NCBI RefSeq assembly: GCF_006345805.1 | Contig: NC_043004.1 | Coordinates: 57,970,001-58,034,000 of the forward strand | Source: Octopus sinensis | Lineage: Eukaryota | Direction of reading: 5' to 3' | Length of the DNA: 64,000 nucleotides | Shown: positions 23,649 through 37,084 of the stretch, one piece after another | Layout of the letters: every line of letters starts with the position of its first letter | Position numbering within the stretch: position 1 is the stretch's first letter | Notes under the pieces: model-generated | Databases searched by the model: none | The model's input: only the letters and a program-made list of their open reading frames with translations | Told to the model about the DNA's origin: nothing | Translations under genes and position numbers: made by a program

Positions 23649-23814
23649 TACGACGGGCTTCTTTTCACTTTCCGTCTACCAAATCCACTCACAAGTCTTT
23701 GGCCGGCTCCAGGCTATAGTAGAAAACACTTGCTCAGGGTGCCACGCAGTAGGACTGAACCCGGAACCACGTCGTTGTGAAGCAAGCTTCTTACCACACG
23801 GCCCCTCCTGCGCC
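23649..23814 (-). mobile_element. SINE A 5' half, probable partner of the 3' half at 21763/22708
   Basis: Resumes at cgacgggcttctt, exactly where the family A internal microsatellite ends. Confidence 0.8.
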
Positions 23815-24076
23815 TATGCGTATAGGATAAGGATAAAATTCTTCCCTACTCATATAGACTCACGAGGATGGTTTCCCAGCGTGTATATATGATGGTGTAT
23901 ATATTCCCCACCTGAATTACTAGGTAGCAATACTCATTTTTGCCACCTGAGTAAACTGGAATAACTGTCTTACTCCAGGAAGCGAAACCACAATCTTACG
24001 ATCATGAGTCCATCAACGAAACTACTAAGTCACGCACCTCCAGTGTGCATGTCAGTGTGTGTGTGTATGCGTGAAA

Positions 24077-24125
<49 letters not shown>

Positions 24126-24555
24126 TACATACATATATATTGTGTACGAAAGTGTGTGTGTGTGTGTGTATATATATATAAACATATATATATATTGTGT
24201 ATGTATGTATGTATGTATGTATGTATGTATGTATGTATGTATATATGTATATGCATGTGCGTGTGTATGTATACCCATAAGATCAATATTATTTTTGCCG
24301 AGATTTTGAGTGATATTTCGGTTATTTTGTTGAACAAAAGACAAATATAAAGATAACATCAACATCTCCCTGTCGCCATATTGTCTACATTCTCTCAATA
24401 ATATCGACTGTGTCCTTTTCAAAGTATCCTGTTTATTTCTTGTGGCTATCGTCTGCTCTTGCAAAGTTTCCGTGAATATTCTTCTGTCAAAGAAATCGAT
24501 CACCCACAAATGATTGAAACTTATGTCTTATTTGGTATCGAAATCGATTAAGGAG

Positions 24556-24614
<59 letters not shown>

Positions 24615-24671
24615 GTATGCATGTATATATATTTACTCTCTCTCTCTCTTTCTTTCTTTCTCTTTAAACTT

Positions 24672-24706
<35 letters not shown>

Positions 24707-25315
24707 TTCTCTCTCGCCTATATGTTTGTGATTAGTGGAGGGATGATGACAAAGTTTGGGTTATGTGGATGTAGGTAATATTGTTCTGCGAAGCAGTTTG
24801 TTTTGCAACAAGGGTTGTAGTTTTTTTTTTTTTTTTCATTGTTCTTATTTGGCTTCTTTTAATAGGCTAGGGCTGTGTTTCTATTTCTGCTAACAAATCT
24901 TATGCCTATCGACCCAGCCTTTCATTCTTTTAGAAGACGGGTTTCCTACGTGGGGAGCAAAATAAAAATTTCAGGAATTCGACAAAGAGGGTTAGAATAT
25001 ACATTTATTAAAATTTCTTTTCTGAATGCAATTATTGGCTTCCTCGTAAAAATAGCTTTGTTCTGTTACGTGCGCAAAGAATTTTATTATTCCACAGAAT
25101 CTTGAGTACTTCGATTTTTAGAAAAATTAGCTAGATTTCAAAAAGTTGACTTTCCTATTCTTAAATGAGCAATTTAATCAAATATTCCTTAGCGGAACGT
25201 GACCGCGAAAAGACGGTGAGTCTCTGTTTTAAAGTGAATGAAATAGGACCAGAAAAAGAGAAACAAAAGAGGTTTATTTGATGTATATCGTTTACTGCTG
25301 TAGGCAGTCCTGAGT

Positions 25316-25693
25316 GGATGGAAGCACTCCGTCGGTTACGACGACGATGGTTCCGAATCAACGGAACAGCCTGCTCGTGAAATTAGCGTGTAAGTGGCTG
25401 AGCACTCCACAGACACGTGTACCCTTAACGTAGTTCTCGGGGATATTCAGCGTGACACAGAGAGTAACAAGGCCGGCCCTTTGAAATACAGGTACAACAG
25501 AAACAGGAAGTAAGAGAGAGAGAAAGTTGTGGTGAAAGAGTACAGCAGGGATCACCACCATCCCTGCTGGAGCCTCGGGGAGTTTTAGGTGTTTTCGCTC
25601 AATAAACACTCACAACGCCCGGTCTGGGAATCGAAACCGCGATCCTACGACCGCGAGTCCGCTGCCCTAACCACTGGGCCATTGTGCCTCCAC
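25316..25693 (-). mobile_element. SINE family C (tail type 1) with a 10-bp TSD
   Basis: agtcctgagt at 25306-25315 and 25705-25714. Confidence 0.9.
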
Positions 25694-25714
25694 CAATTTC
25701 GGAGAGTCCTGAGT

Positions 25715-26030
25715 AATTAAGAAGTGACGCATTAGGCAATCGTTTTCTACTATACCCGCCTCCAGGTCAGCCAATACCTTGCAACTGAATTTTATAGATG
25801 AAAACTGCGGAAACTCATTCTATATGCATGTTTGTATTAGTCTCCTCACCAGCACCACTTGACAATCGATGTTTGTTTGCTTGCGTCCCCATAACTTAGT
25901 GGCTCTGCAAAATGGTCTGATAGGATTAGTACCAGACTTTAAAGAAAAAAAGTACTGGGATCGATTTGTTCGTCTAAAATCTTCCTGGTGGTACTCTAGC
26001 ATGGCCGTTGTCCAATGAATGAAACAAGTA
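25715..26030 (+). mobile_element. Diverged SINE A-related copy
   Basis: ttctactata...cttgacaatcgatg...cgtccccataacttag...agcatggccg...gaaacaagtaaaa. Confidence 0.75.
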
Positions 26031-26399
26031 AAATTTTATAATGAGAAAGAATTACACCTGTCCTATGAATCAGATGTTATTGATGTTTTGATATATTGAT
26101 GTCAAGTTTTTAAAATTATTTTGGTAAAATCGAATAATAATCATTAGATTATTTACCGTGTTTTCTGGTAAACACAAAACTTTTCGCGCCTAAATTTACA
26201 GCCAAAACACAGGGGAGTCAACTTGTACACCAAGATGACTTTGGCGAACCAATAATTTCTTGTGAAATGCAGCAGGATTGGTAAAGATTGTGACGATGTT
26301 TGAATGTTTAATTATATGTTTTACACTATGCAATTATGTATGCAATTATCTTTATATTAGATTCAACTTATATATTTTGCTTTTATTTTTTCATTGCAG

Positions 26400-26444
26400 G
26401 CGCGCTTCTGTGGCGGTACCGTCATGGTCCAGTGGACAATTTCT
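26400..26444 (+). CDS. Candidate 45-nt internal exon of an unidentified host gene
   Basis: Strong acceptor tattttgcttttattttttcattgcAG, donor GTAAGT at 26445, length divisible by 3, GC-rich island in AT-rich unique DNA. All three frames are open: ARFCGGTVMVQWTIS / ALLWRYRHGPVDNF / RASVAVPSWSSGQF. Confidence 0.5.
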
Positions 26445-26557
26445 GTAAGTTGAAATCCTAAATTAAACTTTAATATAATTAATGATTTAAGTGATCAGCA
26501 AAAGGCAATCCAAATCGAGTTGATGAATGATTGTGTGATTGACTACACATATACGAG

Positions 26558-26610
<53 letters not shown>

Positions 26611-27753
26611 ATGGATGGATGGATGGATGGTGGATGGAATGCGTGTCCGTCTGAGTATGCATATCTACTTCTTTGTTCAAAAGCTACATCAGTTTGTTCA
26701 CTATTCAGACTACTTCATCTTATAATAAATTCTGGAAAAAAGTATGACTGACGTATGCTTGTTTGTATATATAAGTGTGCGCGAAATTTTATTTTAATTA
26801 CATATAGTGACCATTGACAATATCGTAAATACATATGCACATGAGTGCTAGAAATTTCCCGGTGTATCGTCGGCTCTTCAATTAGGAATAAATTGGATCT
26901 CTCTGTTCCTATCTAAGAAACAAGCATGTCTGAGAAAATCAAGAGCAACAGGGCATTCGATAAGCCTTGCATGTATGTGTGTGTGTGTTTGTGTGTGTGT
27001 ATACAGAGAAAGAGAAAGATGCGTAAACATATATATAAATATATACATATGTCTATATATGTATTATATATACATGTATATAGATTGATGTAGAAGATAT
27101 ATATATATATATAATTATATACCATATATATATACATATGCATACACAAACACGTAATACATATATACACACACATATATATGTATGCATATATTTATAT
27201 ATATATATATACACACACACATATATATACATTCATTCTGTGTGTGTGTGTGTGTGTGTGTTTATGTGCGTGCATAGTATATATAAGTGTGTGTATGTAT
27301 GTATATACATATATATATTTTATACCATATATATGCATATACACACATTATATATACATGTCTGTGTTTCTTTTACATTTACCTGTGTAGTGGTACTTGT
27401 ATGGTTGGGGGGGTGTTTTTTGGGGTTTTTTTATTGCTTTATTCATGAACTGGATTCAGTACAAACCCACACATCTAAATTTAATAAATGAAAGTAAAAG
27501 TTGCCGGTATTTTGAGCGCTCTGAAAACAAACTTTGGTTGACCACCACCTATGCACCTAACTTAATACCTTTAGAGCTTACAGATCGAATGCCGAGCATT
27601 GATTTTTGGGGGACAATTGATTTCTTGTGCTTTGAAGTGTTGTGGTTATAAAGTCTCGGTAAACAGTTAAACAGCGAGGAACTATTTTCTTTTAAACCAC
27701 TAATGCACTTGAATAAAGCACCGCCACTGCATCTTATATATACATACATACAT

Positions 27754-27797
<44 letters not shown>

Positions 27798-28595
27798 TTA
27801 TTTATTTATTCATACACACACTCATAAGTGCACACAAATACATCCATGTGGAAACGTTATTGTCTCTTCAATATATTTTCCTATGCACCATCTCATAAAA
27901 AAATAAAAGCATATTTGTAAATATACATCCACTCATATGCATGTGTATATAGATACGAATAATAGTCATGTATGTATACTTATTCCTGCACATAAACACA
28001 CAAGAGTATACACATATCTTCAGGCGTGTGCAATTAAAAGTAATGTTATTTCACGCGTGTGTTGGCTTTTTTTGTTTTCTGAGTACATATTTAAAGGACC
28101 GCAAAATAAAAATGTTTATACAGGGGACTTTTGTAAAGCAATAAATATATGTTTGCACTCATTTGCATTCTTAGAACTAAACGCGGGTAAATCGACTTAT
28201 CTGACGGATAAGAGAGATTTCGAGATTAAATTGCTGATTGAACGTGTAAGGAATTAGGAATACTTTACATGGCTTCACCCTTCATATCATTCTCTAGTGT
28301 ACTGAAATCTTACAGGTAAATGATATTGCAAGTCTATCTCTATAAGGATGTGTGTGTGTGTGTGTGTACAATAGTTTAGCTGTCCCTCAGAAATAGAATC
28401 CACTCTAAAATAGAAATTGGGTGATTATATTTTTACATTGAGCAGTATGATTATGCCATATAACTGGTCAGGATGTGACCGTTGATTTCACGCTGAAGAT
28501 TACATTTCACAGCATTGGCGATTCTTCAGATATGCTGGCTGGTAGTATATAGACTCTTTTAAGCTATATATAAGTGTGTGTGTGTGTGTGTATCA

Positions 28596-28667
<72 letters not shown>

Positions 28668-28688
28668 TATATATATATATATAGTCAT

Positions 28689-29060
28689 GGCACTCCGTCG
28701 GCTACGACAAAAAGGGTCCCAGTTGATCCGATCAACGGAACAGCCAGCTCGTGAAATTAACGTGCAAGTGGCTGAGCTCTCCACAGACACGTGTACCCTT
28801 AACGTAGTTCTTAGGAAGATTCAGCGTGACACATTGTGTGACAAGGCTGGCCCTTTGAAATACAAGTACAACTGAAACAGGAAAAAAGAATGAAAGTTGT
28901 GGTGAAAGAATACAGCAGGGTTCGCGACCACCTTTTGCCGGAGCCTCGTGGAACTTTGGGTGTTTTCGCTCAATAAACACTCACAATGCCCAGTCTGGGA
29001 ATCGAAGCCGCGATCCAATGACCGCGAGTCCGCTGCTCTAACCACTGGGCCATTGCGCCT
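28689..29060 (-). mobile_element. SINE family C (tail type 1), diverged
   Basis: Reverse complement of the 17564 copy. Confidence 0.88.
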
Positions 29061-29080
29061 GCACACACACACACACACAT

Positions 29081-29252
29081 ATTCAGACTTTATTCTGAAC
29101 CACTATGATCCTTTCGACCCACCATGCACCCGTACCCTACAGGTGAGACGATGTACAACAAAGTACTAAATGTATGTGCAACATCTCACCTGTAAGGTAT
29201 AAGTGCTTGATGGGCCGAAACGATCGTGGCTCTAACAAAGAATCTCTTGAAT
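29081..29252. mobile_element. Fold-back element with a hammerhead 3' half (ccGAAAcgatcgt at about 29215-29227)
   Basis: taccctacaggtgaga...tctcacctgtaaggta and flanking arms are complementary. Confidence 0.65.
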
Positions 29253-29344
29253 TCCATTTTCTGTTTCTCCTATTATATATTTATATTCACACACAGTATA
29301 TGTGCATGCATATATACATGTGTGGAGCGGTGGTTAAGAAATAG

Positions 29345-29490
29345 TGATGACAAAGGAAGATAGAAATATCGACGCTCCGATGAAGTAACTGTATGTTGTT
29401 CAACTGTCAACTATGCAGAAACAGCTGTAAGTTAATGAAGTTCATAAGATAATCCTTCATTCCTATCATTCGTCTATCTTTCTTATCATG
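29345..29490 (+). ncRNA. Degenerate hammerhead-like motif (29374-29432) inside short inverted arms
   Basis: gct-CCGATGA-agtaactgtatgttg...caactatgca-GAAA-cagctg-TA-agt. One core mismatch; palindromic acagctgt. Confidence 0.5.
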
Positions 29491-29577
29491 CTCTCTACTC
29501 AGCTAACACTTCCTTCTGAAACATATGTATATTGAGTTCTACACCGGGTTATTGGTCTTCCAATACCTAAGCGAATC

Positions 29578-29602
29578 ATATATAATATATATATGTATAT
29601 AT

Positions 29603-29651
<49 letters not shown>

Positions 29652-29697
29652 GTATGTATGTATATGTATGTATATATATGTATATATATATATAATG

Positions 29698-29744
<47 letters not shown>

Positions 29745-29911
29745 AGGTATGTATATATATGTATATATATATAATATATATATGTATATATATATATATG
29801 TATATATATATATTATATATATGTATGTACATATATATGTGTATATATATGTATGTATATATATGTATATGTATGTATGTATATAAATATGTATATATAT
29901 GTATGTATATA

Positions 29912-29942
<31 letters not shown>

Positions 29943-30057
29943 GTATGTATGTATATGTATGTATGTATATGTATATATATGTATACATATATATGTATGT
30001 ATGTATATGTATATATATGTATGCATATATATGTATGTATATATATATATATGCATG

Positions 30058-30096
<39 letters not shown>

Positions 30097-30142
30097 ATGT
30101 ATATGTATGTATATGTATATGTATATTTACGTATATATATGT
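29578..30142. repeat. (TA)n/(TATG)n microsatellite
   Basis: Read directly from the sequence. Confidence 0.95.
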
Positions 30143-30310
30143 ATGTTTACATATTAATATTAAGGGCATTACTATACATAAATGTCTCACGCTAGGAGGG
30201 ATTCTTAAAGTCAAAAACTACCAAAATAGTTGGTAGTTTTGACTTTAAGAGTCCCTCCTAGTGTGTGGCATTTATGTATAGTAATGCCCTCAATATTAAT
30301 ATGTAAATAT
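30143..30310. mobile_element. Near-perfect palindrome (~80-bp arms, 5-nt loop) with a one-sided tail to about 30410
   Basis: ...cttaaagtcaaaaactaccaa-aatag-ttggtagtttttgactttaag... Confidence 0.8.
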
Positions 30311-30429
30311 ATTTAAGAGAAAAATTGATGGATTTTTCACTTATGAGGTTTTTCACGCTAACTACTTGATAAATTCTTATAAAGATTTTATCCTATTTTT
30401 CAAATATACATATATATATATATATATAT

Positions 30430-30670
30430 GCAGCGTTGAAGGTGTTTATAAGCCATTTAAAAACACACAAAAACCGGTAGATTCACCTCAACGTTTAAAT
30501 TTAATTTGCCGAAATATTTTTGTCGCTTTGAGACCGCGACATGTTCAGTGACAAAACTCCGTGCTGCATCTGTCTTTAAATGGTTTATAAACACCTTCCC
30601 CGCTGCAATTGTTTTCGTTCAAGCACAAGATCTCAGATCAGGTCACTTGTTATGCAAGTACATCTCCGTA
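30430..30670. mobile_element. Inverted-repeat element (arms 30430-30465 and 30572-30606) with a degenerate minus-strand hammerhead at 30506-30554
   Basis: gcagcg..gaaggtgtttataa.ccatttaaa / tttaaatggtttataaacaccttcc.cgctgc. Minus strand ttgtca-CTGAACA-tgtcgc..gcgaca-aaaatatttc-ggcaa. Confidence 0.65.
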
Positions 30671-30675
30671 TATAT

Positions 30676-30710
<35 letters not shown>

Positions 30711-30713
<3 letters not shown>

Positions 30714-30920
30714 ATGGTATTTTTATATAAACTTAAAGCTTATGGCGATCACTGTGCAATGATTAAGGAAAATAGTATACTATAGCGGCATATAAGCCCT
30801 CGACAGGGAGTGTTTTCGCTCAATAATAAAGGTGCATATAAGCCCCTTTATTAGACTATTTTCCTTCGTCATTGCACGGTGATTGCCATAAGCTTTAAGT
30901 TTATATGAAATTACCATTAT
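30711..30920. mobile_element. Fold-back element (~65-bp arms)
   Basis: ataatggta..ttt.atataaacttaaagcttatggc / gccataagctttaagtttatatgaaattaccattat. Confidence 0.75.
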
Positions 30921-31581
30921 TATTATTTATAAGAGAAATATTTAAAGAGCAAATACCTGTCCAGTGTTCCCAGTTTACTCCCGTAACCTCTCTGAACAAT
31001 CAGTAAAATAGAGATACACGAATATAGTCCCAAGAATGCGAATAAGTGTATATATGCATTCATTGCAGGCATTAATACCGACCCTGTATGAATATTTGTA
31101 CAAGGTGATCGCTCGAAATTTCTCATAAATATGGAGAATAGCCAATGCGCACAGGTAGTAGGGTCACTTTCCATTTCACGTGTGTCTACTCTGAATGTGT
31201 ATATATATATTCATATATGTTAATGTTCCCGAATAAATATTTATATACAATCGTTATTCATATCTAGAAGCATATGGCCGCATATATGTTTATAAATACA
31301 CTTTTATTGTATTGTTTGTGCAAAGGAATATGTATTGAAGAGCTTATGAAATAATTTCTTGTGTGTGTCGGGGCTGTGTGTCATTTTGATTGCATTTAAG
31401 TGCAGATTACCATCACTAAGTCAGTTCTGTCGCAATGAATTTAGTATGTTATTGTACATAAGCACCTATGCAGTTTGTATACATTACTATATGTGTGTGC
31501 TAGTGTGTTTGTGTGTGTGTATGTATGTATGTATGTATGTATTTATGTATGTATGTATTCACGAACAAACACACATATAAG

Positions 31582-31615
<34 letters not shown>

Positions 31616-31920
31616 ATTATATATATATAACCATTGCATGTATGCATATATATAAATATATATATGCATATATATAATGTATATATATATATTATATACA
31701 TATATATAATATATATATACGTATATGTGTGTGTCTGTTGAATATAAATGCATATAGACATGCATTTCGAACATTAAATGAGTTCATAATATTTACAACC
31801 GTATACACACCGCGTATATATATTATCTATGTATGTACGTATGTATTATAAATGTATGTATGTATATATATATATGTGTGTGTGTGTATGTATATGCATA
31901 TATTCTATATATATATATTA

Positions 31921-31954
<34 letters not shown>

Positions 31955-32016
31955 TATATATATATAGATATATATACATATACACATATATATAAATATA
32001 TAATGCATTATATATT

Positions 32017-32056
<40 letters not shown>

Positions 32057-32302
32057 CCTGAGAGACTTACATGTGTGTGGATGTGGGTTTCTTTAAAACT
32101 AAACTGGATCTCTTCTTGTTGGGAGTCCCAGATGAACCTACCTCACGACAGGAGACACGGATGCGGGCAGCAGCATCGAACTCCCTTGTTGATCAAGTGC
32201 CACGTATCAGAGGTGGATTCACAAACTGTGTAGCTCATTCAGCGGTGGTGCCCCAGCATGGCCGCGGCCTTCGGGCTAAAACATTTTTAAGGATTTAAGG
32301 AT
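32057..32302 (+). pseudogene. LINE 3' end (CR1/L2-group ORF2 C-terminus plus tail)
   Basis: VDVGFFKTKLDLFLLGVPDEPTSRQETRMRAAASNSLVDQV, then ggtgccccagcatggccgc and (ttaaggat)2. Confidence 0.8.
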
Positions 32303-32303
32303 T

Positions 32304-32444
<141 letters not shown>

Positions 32445-33479
32445 CACACACACAAACACACACACACACACACAACACACACACACACACACGAGTATGC
32501 TTGTTTTTAAATGTTCTGCACTGAAAATTCATTTAGTGCTAAAAATGCGTATGCTGTGTGCATGAATGCGTTCATTTATGTAAATTATAACATTAGCGTT
32601 ATTAAACAGCAAAACGATTACGTTGTGCGGATAAGTGTTCGTCGGAGTCATTTTACATCTAAATGCAAGGAAATGCTCCTAAGTTTGTAGTTGTGTTTGT
32701 GTGAGTATAAGTGTGTTTGTGTGTATGTGCAATGTGTAGGCGTGTAATTTTGTCAGAGCACATTACTGTCTCACTAATCAACAATGATGATGGTGATAGA
32801 CAGATGTGTGTTTGGTGTGTGTGTCTGTATTTGCGTATATTCGTAAGTACACATCATAATACATGTGTACACATAAGCGTCGCTGAACACACATGCTGCA
32901 ATGACGAAGCTTAATCGGTGTAAGCCGAGTGTCACGAAATGAGAAAATGTCAACTAATTCCACTAAGTGGTAGGTTTTAAGATGGAACCAATATAATTGA
33001 TCTTGTTTCCTTCACTCCTATGATACGAAACTCACATCCACATACGTATTCAATGACTTTCATAAAAGCTTATACGCTCTACTAGGCACAGTTAAATGCA
33101 AGCACTCACACAACACTAAATTCAAATGGAGACAAAGAAATTGCAGACTGTAGTCGCCATTGTCGAATATGTATGACTGTTAACCAGTATCTCATAGTGA
33201 GCTCGCAAAAAGAGGTCTAGATTAAATACTGCTCCAATATCTAGCATTAGTGGTGTATGCTACAGCCTTTACGGTTTCCTTTTAAGACATAAAATTAATG
33301 AAATTTAGTTGTTTACTCCAAACAGCATTTCTGTAAGTCATTTATGTGGATGGCGGTGTCTCCATATTCTGATTCGAAGTGCTTCGTTTATTACATAAAA
33401 TACTTCTTAGAAAAGCATGCAGTCGCGACCTCCAATTCTTTGCTCATTTGAATTCGTATCTAACCTTAATAGTTATTTC

Positions 33480-34990
33480 TAACATACGCACAAGGCCGGA
33501 AATCATGGTGTAGGAGTGGTGGCAAATCGATTATATCTACCTCAATACTTTGCTACTTTCTTCTGTTGACTCTTGAGGGATGAAAGTTAAATTCGGTGAG
33601 ATTTCAGCTTAAATCGTAAAGGATCATAACAAGAGTTCTTTGTCGGCGGGTTGTCCAACGCCCTAACAATTTCGTCAGTCCATTACTTTTCTAATTCTTA
33701 TAATTGCTTATAACCTAAGCACGAGACCGGAAATTTTGTGGAAAAGGAGTAGGCTTATCGAAATAAATGGACCTTAGTACTAGAGTGGTATTTTATTTTA
33801 TCTACCCGTATTTGACATTGACGGGATTTTAATTCTGACCATATAAAAGGCGGACTCAATAGTGCAAGGCATTTATTTCCGACGCCCTAACGATTCTATT
33901 CATCCGCTATCCTTCTAATCTTTATTAATAATGGCTGACGATATTCAATCTCTTCTCTATGTTTTGTGATCCAAGTAAGGTCAGAGTTGATGTAATTATC
34001 ACTTCCTGTAAGGATCAGTTTGGTCAACTAAATTCAATTTTCCCTTAATAAATATGTGACTTTGTACCAAAGTTAGAAATTAACAACATTATTAGACGAC
34101 TAATATATCAACAAATGATGTAACAAATGTGGTGAGCTGGCAGAAACGATAGCATTCCGGGCCAAATGCTTAGCGGCATTTTGTCTGCCGTTACGTTCTG
34201 AGTTCAAATTCCGCCGAGGTCGACTTTGCCTTTCATCCTTTCGGGGTCGATTAATTAAGTACCAGTTACGCACTGGAGTCGATGTAATCGACCTAATCCC
34301 TTTGTCTGTCCTTGTTTGTCCCCTCGATGTTTAGCCCCTCGTGGGCAATAAAGAAATAAGAAACGATAGCATTCCGGACAAAATGGTTAATGAAACCATA
34401 TTCAGCCTAGGTAGACTTTGCTTTTGATCCTTTTGGGGTCGATAAATTAAGTACCAGTCAAAGTATGGGGTCGATGTAACCGACTAGACCCCCTCACCAA
34501 AAATTTCAGGCTTTGTACTTATTTTAAGAAGGATTTTATGACAAAGACGGTGAAATGGGAAAATAGCTAGCGCGTCGGACAAATTGCTTTGTAGCAATTT
34601 TTATCCAATTTTTTACGTTCCGAGTTCAAATTCTGCCGAAGTTATTTTTATTTTGCATCCTTTCGGTGTTGATAAAATAAATTTCAATACAGATACAATC
34701 GATTGTAATCATGCCCATCAAAATCTTGCTAACTTTGCGCCTAGATCCATAGCTATTATTTCTAGAAGTAGGAAAGGCGGTGAGCTGGCTGAATCGTTAG
34801 CTCGCCGGACAAAATGCTTAACAGTATTTCGTCCGTCTTTACGTTCTGAGTTCAAATTCCACCGAGGTCAATTTTGCCTTTCATCCTTTCAGGGTCAATG
34901 CAATAAGTACCAGCAGAGCACTAGGGTCGATGTAATCGATTTACCCCTCCCCTGGAATTGCTGGCCTTGTGCTAAAATTGGAAGAAATTA
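33480..34990. mobile_element. Cluster of SINE B copies: minus-strand relics at 33480-33910; plus-strand multimer at 34130-34520; copies at about 34545 and 34775
   Basis: Repeated gagttcaaattc.gccga.gt and catcctttcgggg.cgat cores. Confidence 0.85.
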
Positions 34991-36306
34991 TTAGTAGTAG
35001 AAGCAAAATCATAAGGACGGTGCAATTCTGTAGAGTGGAACCATGCAAGAGCTTTTGTCGTCGCTTTCTTGCGTTTTTTTTTCTAATTTTTAAAACTGCA
35101 TTAAAATTTTCAGTGCATCTCGTTGAAGTTCTGTGTTCTATTAGCTGTCTTAGTGAACTACTAACTAAATCTGTAATAGACGATACGTGGAAACCCAGAC
35201 ATCTTCTTTAATAAATTTATACGTTTTAATTCTCAACTGAGTAAGTCTACAACTGCTTTTCCATGTTCCTTTTCCCCAACTCTGGTTTCTTTGGCATTAC
35301 AATATTCATTAATTTTATATCTTAAATAAAACCGTCAATATTATTTCATATTCCAAAGAGCGTTTTATCTCTACAACAATGTCAGTTCCTCTTCTGCTGT
35401 TATAGTTGTACTTCAACGGAGAAATCTCAAAAGATTTTGATACACTTAACCAAAATTACATTACAATATTGTACATTCCAATTTACGGATTTTAAATAAT
35501 TCTCAACAAATAATCATTGTAATATTGTTATACTTGCCTTTATACGTTTTCTTAGCTGATATACAATATTCAGTTATGAAAATATGTTACACTTTCTACA
35601 AATCTAGGATTCAGGTTGATATTTTCGGTATGTTATGTAACTTGTGGCGTTCTATTGTAGTGAAGTGCCCCAGTCTCAAACTTTAAATCATAGTTTCATA
35701 TATACGACATGATAAAAATTTATCTGCTTGCACCCATTCAGCAATATTCCTAAAAAATACATTTTTAATTAACAAAAAAAAACACCTCTAAAATTCTCTT
35801 GGTCTTAAATCTTACTTGAATGCTTTATTGAATTCGTATTCGTTCGTTACAGTTAATTATACATGCATGTGCGCATATGTATATATCTATGTATACAAGT
35901 ATGGATGGATGGATGTTTTTACTTCCAGTTTTGTTTTAGTTCTTATCAAGAAAGTACAAACTGGTCGCTAACAAAGCAACAAGACTTTTTGAGTTAAGAA
36001 CGTTCCCAGGGTTTGTTAATATGTTGTTGAGTTAGTGTGTTGGTTGAAATGTCGGTGCACACACCCAAGTGTATACATCTAGTCATCTAAATAAAATTTC
36101 GGATGGAGAATCTTTGAAATGTCTTGCAGATCCTCACTGTGCCACAAATAGATAGGATCTAGGGAATTCATGTCAGTTTCTTTTGCTCTTTCTTCGAAAA
36201 ACTTAATGTTTCTAGGTTTTGTGTAAATTTCTAGCTACGTAGCTGAATGCACCTTACATGAGTATGTATGTATGTATGTATTCATGTATGCATGTATGCA
36301 TGTATG

Positions 36307-36337
<31 letters not shown>

Positions 36338-36639
36338 CCTGATGCTGATCACTTACTATCTACCACTTTTAATACAGTTTAATATTTTCTTTCATTTTGT
36401 ACTCACTGCTATGTACTGCACCAATCAAGAGTGATATGCCATAACATCAGTTTTTTTCAATTTGCGATTTTCGTGAGATAATTTTAAAATCGAAATAACA
36501 CCATAAATTCTGTTAATTCTAATCTAATGATTAATGAGGTTAATATTGTTATTTATTCCTCAAGATTGGCGCAAATATATTATGAATATTTACCTATTTG
36601 TATATATGTATCATTCTGCATGCAATTTTATGAATAGTA

Positions 36640-36703
36640 TATATACACACATATATATATAATATATGTATATATATTATATATATATATAATTATATAT
36701 ATA

Positions 36704-36745
<42 letters not shown>

Positions 36746-36961
36746 GTCTGTATGTATATAAATGTATGTATGTGTATATATATATGTATGTATATATATA
36801 TATGTATGTATATATATATATGTATGTATGTATGTATGTATGCATATCTATCTATATATATGTATGTATGTATGTATATCTATCTAATATATATGTATGT
36901 ATGTCTATCTATATATATATATATATATATATATCTATATATATATATATGTATGTATATC

Positions 36962-36993
<32 letters not shown>

Positions 36994-37025
36994 GTATGTA
37001 TATCTATATATATATATCTAATATA

Positions 37026-37084
<59 letters not shown>
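36640..37084. repeat. (TA)n/(TATG)n microsatellite; similar tracts at 31500-32055, 37960-38310, 41520-41795 and 48158-48400
   Basis: Read directly from the sequence. Confidence 0.95.

Noticed and set aside
26400-26444. Trypsin-like reading FCGGTVMVQWTIS
   Set aside because: Spacing between CGG and W is one residue short of the serine-protease pattern, and no AAHC, DIAL or GDSGG exons were seen.
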